Below are positions 63,600-64,000 of a DNA stretch of 64,000 bases, piece by piece. The stretch is from Hypanus sabinus (Eukaryota): positions 3,844,001-3,908,000 of the forward strand of contig NC_082730.1 of assembly GCF_030144855.1 (NCBI RefSeq), in the 5' to 3' direction. A model generated the notes under the pieces. It did no database searches and was not told where the DNA came from. It saw nothing but the letters and a program-made list of their open reading frames with translations. A program made the position numbers and the translations under genes. The first letter of the stretch is position 1; each line of letters opens with the position of its first letter.

Positions 63600-64000
63600 T
63601 TGTGATCACTACACTAAATATCCAAAGCAATCAACCGTACTTTTTTAGGGCTGCGCACAGTCTGGGCACAAATGTACGCAACAAGTCCAGCTCCGTCAAT
63701 ATCGAGCAAGTTGCTGCTGGGGTAGTCCTGCAGTCATTGATGTTCTTAATCTCCAGCAGTGACTTGCGGATGGAAAATAGACGTACAGGATGAGCAAATA
63801 CACGGGAGTGGTCGCTGTGTCTGAGCACGCCGCCATCGTTCCAGAAGCAGATGTAGAGTCTCGATGTGGAGGGGCCCCTCCCTCCTCTGAGCTCTCTCAT
63901 GTCTGCTTGGTGGGCAAGACCAGTTGTAATGGGGAACTCTGAGTAGAGAGCAGTAACAAATATTTGAGACATGTTGAGTGGACGTGCAGACCCCTCATCC
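63600..64000 (-). mobile_element. Possible LINE (L2/Rex-like) N-terminal coding remnant; truncated at 38525 in copy 1
   Basis: ORF 63631..63972 (..RKSLLEIKNINDCRTTPAATCSILTELDLLR..) loosely resembles pre-endonuclease regions of fish L2/Rex ORFs. Recall-level similarity only. Confidence 0.3.

Larger units (their letters stand above)
38526..63711. repeat. Segmental (tandem) duplication, copy 2
   Basis: Same anchors as copy 1. Many ORF-track pairs are near-identical (e.g. 25..207 vs 38942..39124, 8061..8270 vs 42189..42398, 35655..35882 vs 60845..61072). Confidence 0.95.

Noticed and set aside
1-64000. tRNA/rRNA genes, prokaryotic operons, CRISPR or defence systems
   Set aside because: None recognised. 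The sequence is intron-containing vertebrate DNA dominated by retroelements.

Overview
Eukaryotic, repeat-dense DNA. The CR1, L2, Rex1/Babar, L1, Tc1 and Penelope-type repeat families resemble those I recognise from cartilaginous fishes (ray/shark); this is inference from recall, not a database result. The window is two head-to-tail copies of one duplicon: copy 1 runs from <1 to ~38525 and copy 2 from ~38526 to >63711. Each copy carries an apparently intact 4-exon + strand gene that the ORF track splits up. The exons are leader, IgV without the canonical disulfide, IgC2, and transmembrane/short tail. All introns are GT-AG and phase 1, giving 276 aa. This is the CD2/SLAM-family architecture. 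The two paralogues differ at many amino acids. Copy 2 has an Arg in the transmembrane segment, and neither copy has a cytoplasmic Tyr unless further exons are spliced on. An isolated antisense exon with an ITIM-like motif (VMYAGV) lies downstream of copy 2. The rest is nested TEs, including a near full-length RNase H-bearing I-group (Nimb-like) LINE whose 5' end abuts a perfect (AGCCCTT)16 array. TE boundaries are approximate (tens of bp) unless a TSD is quoted. All counts were done by eye.
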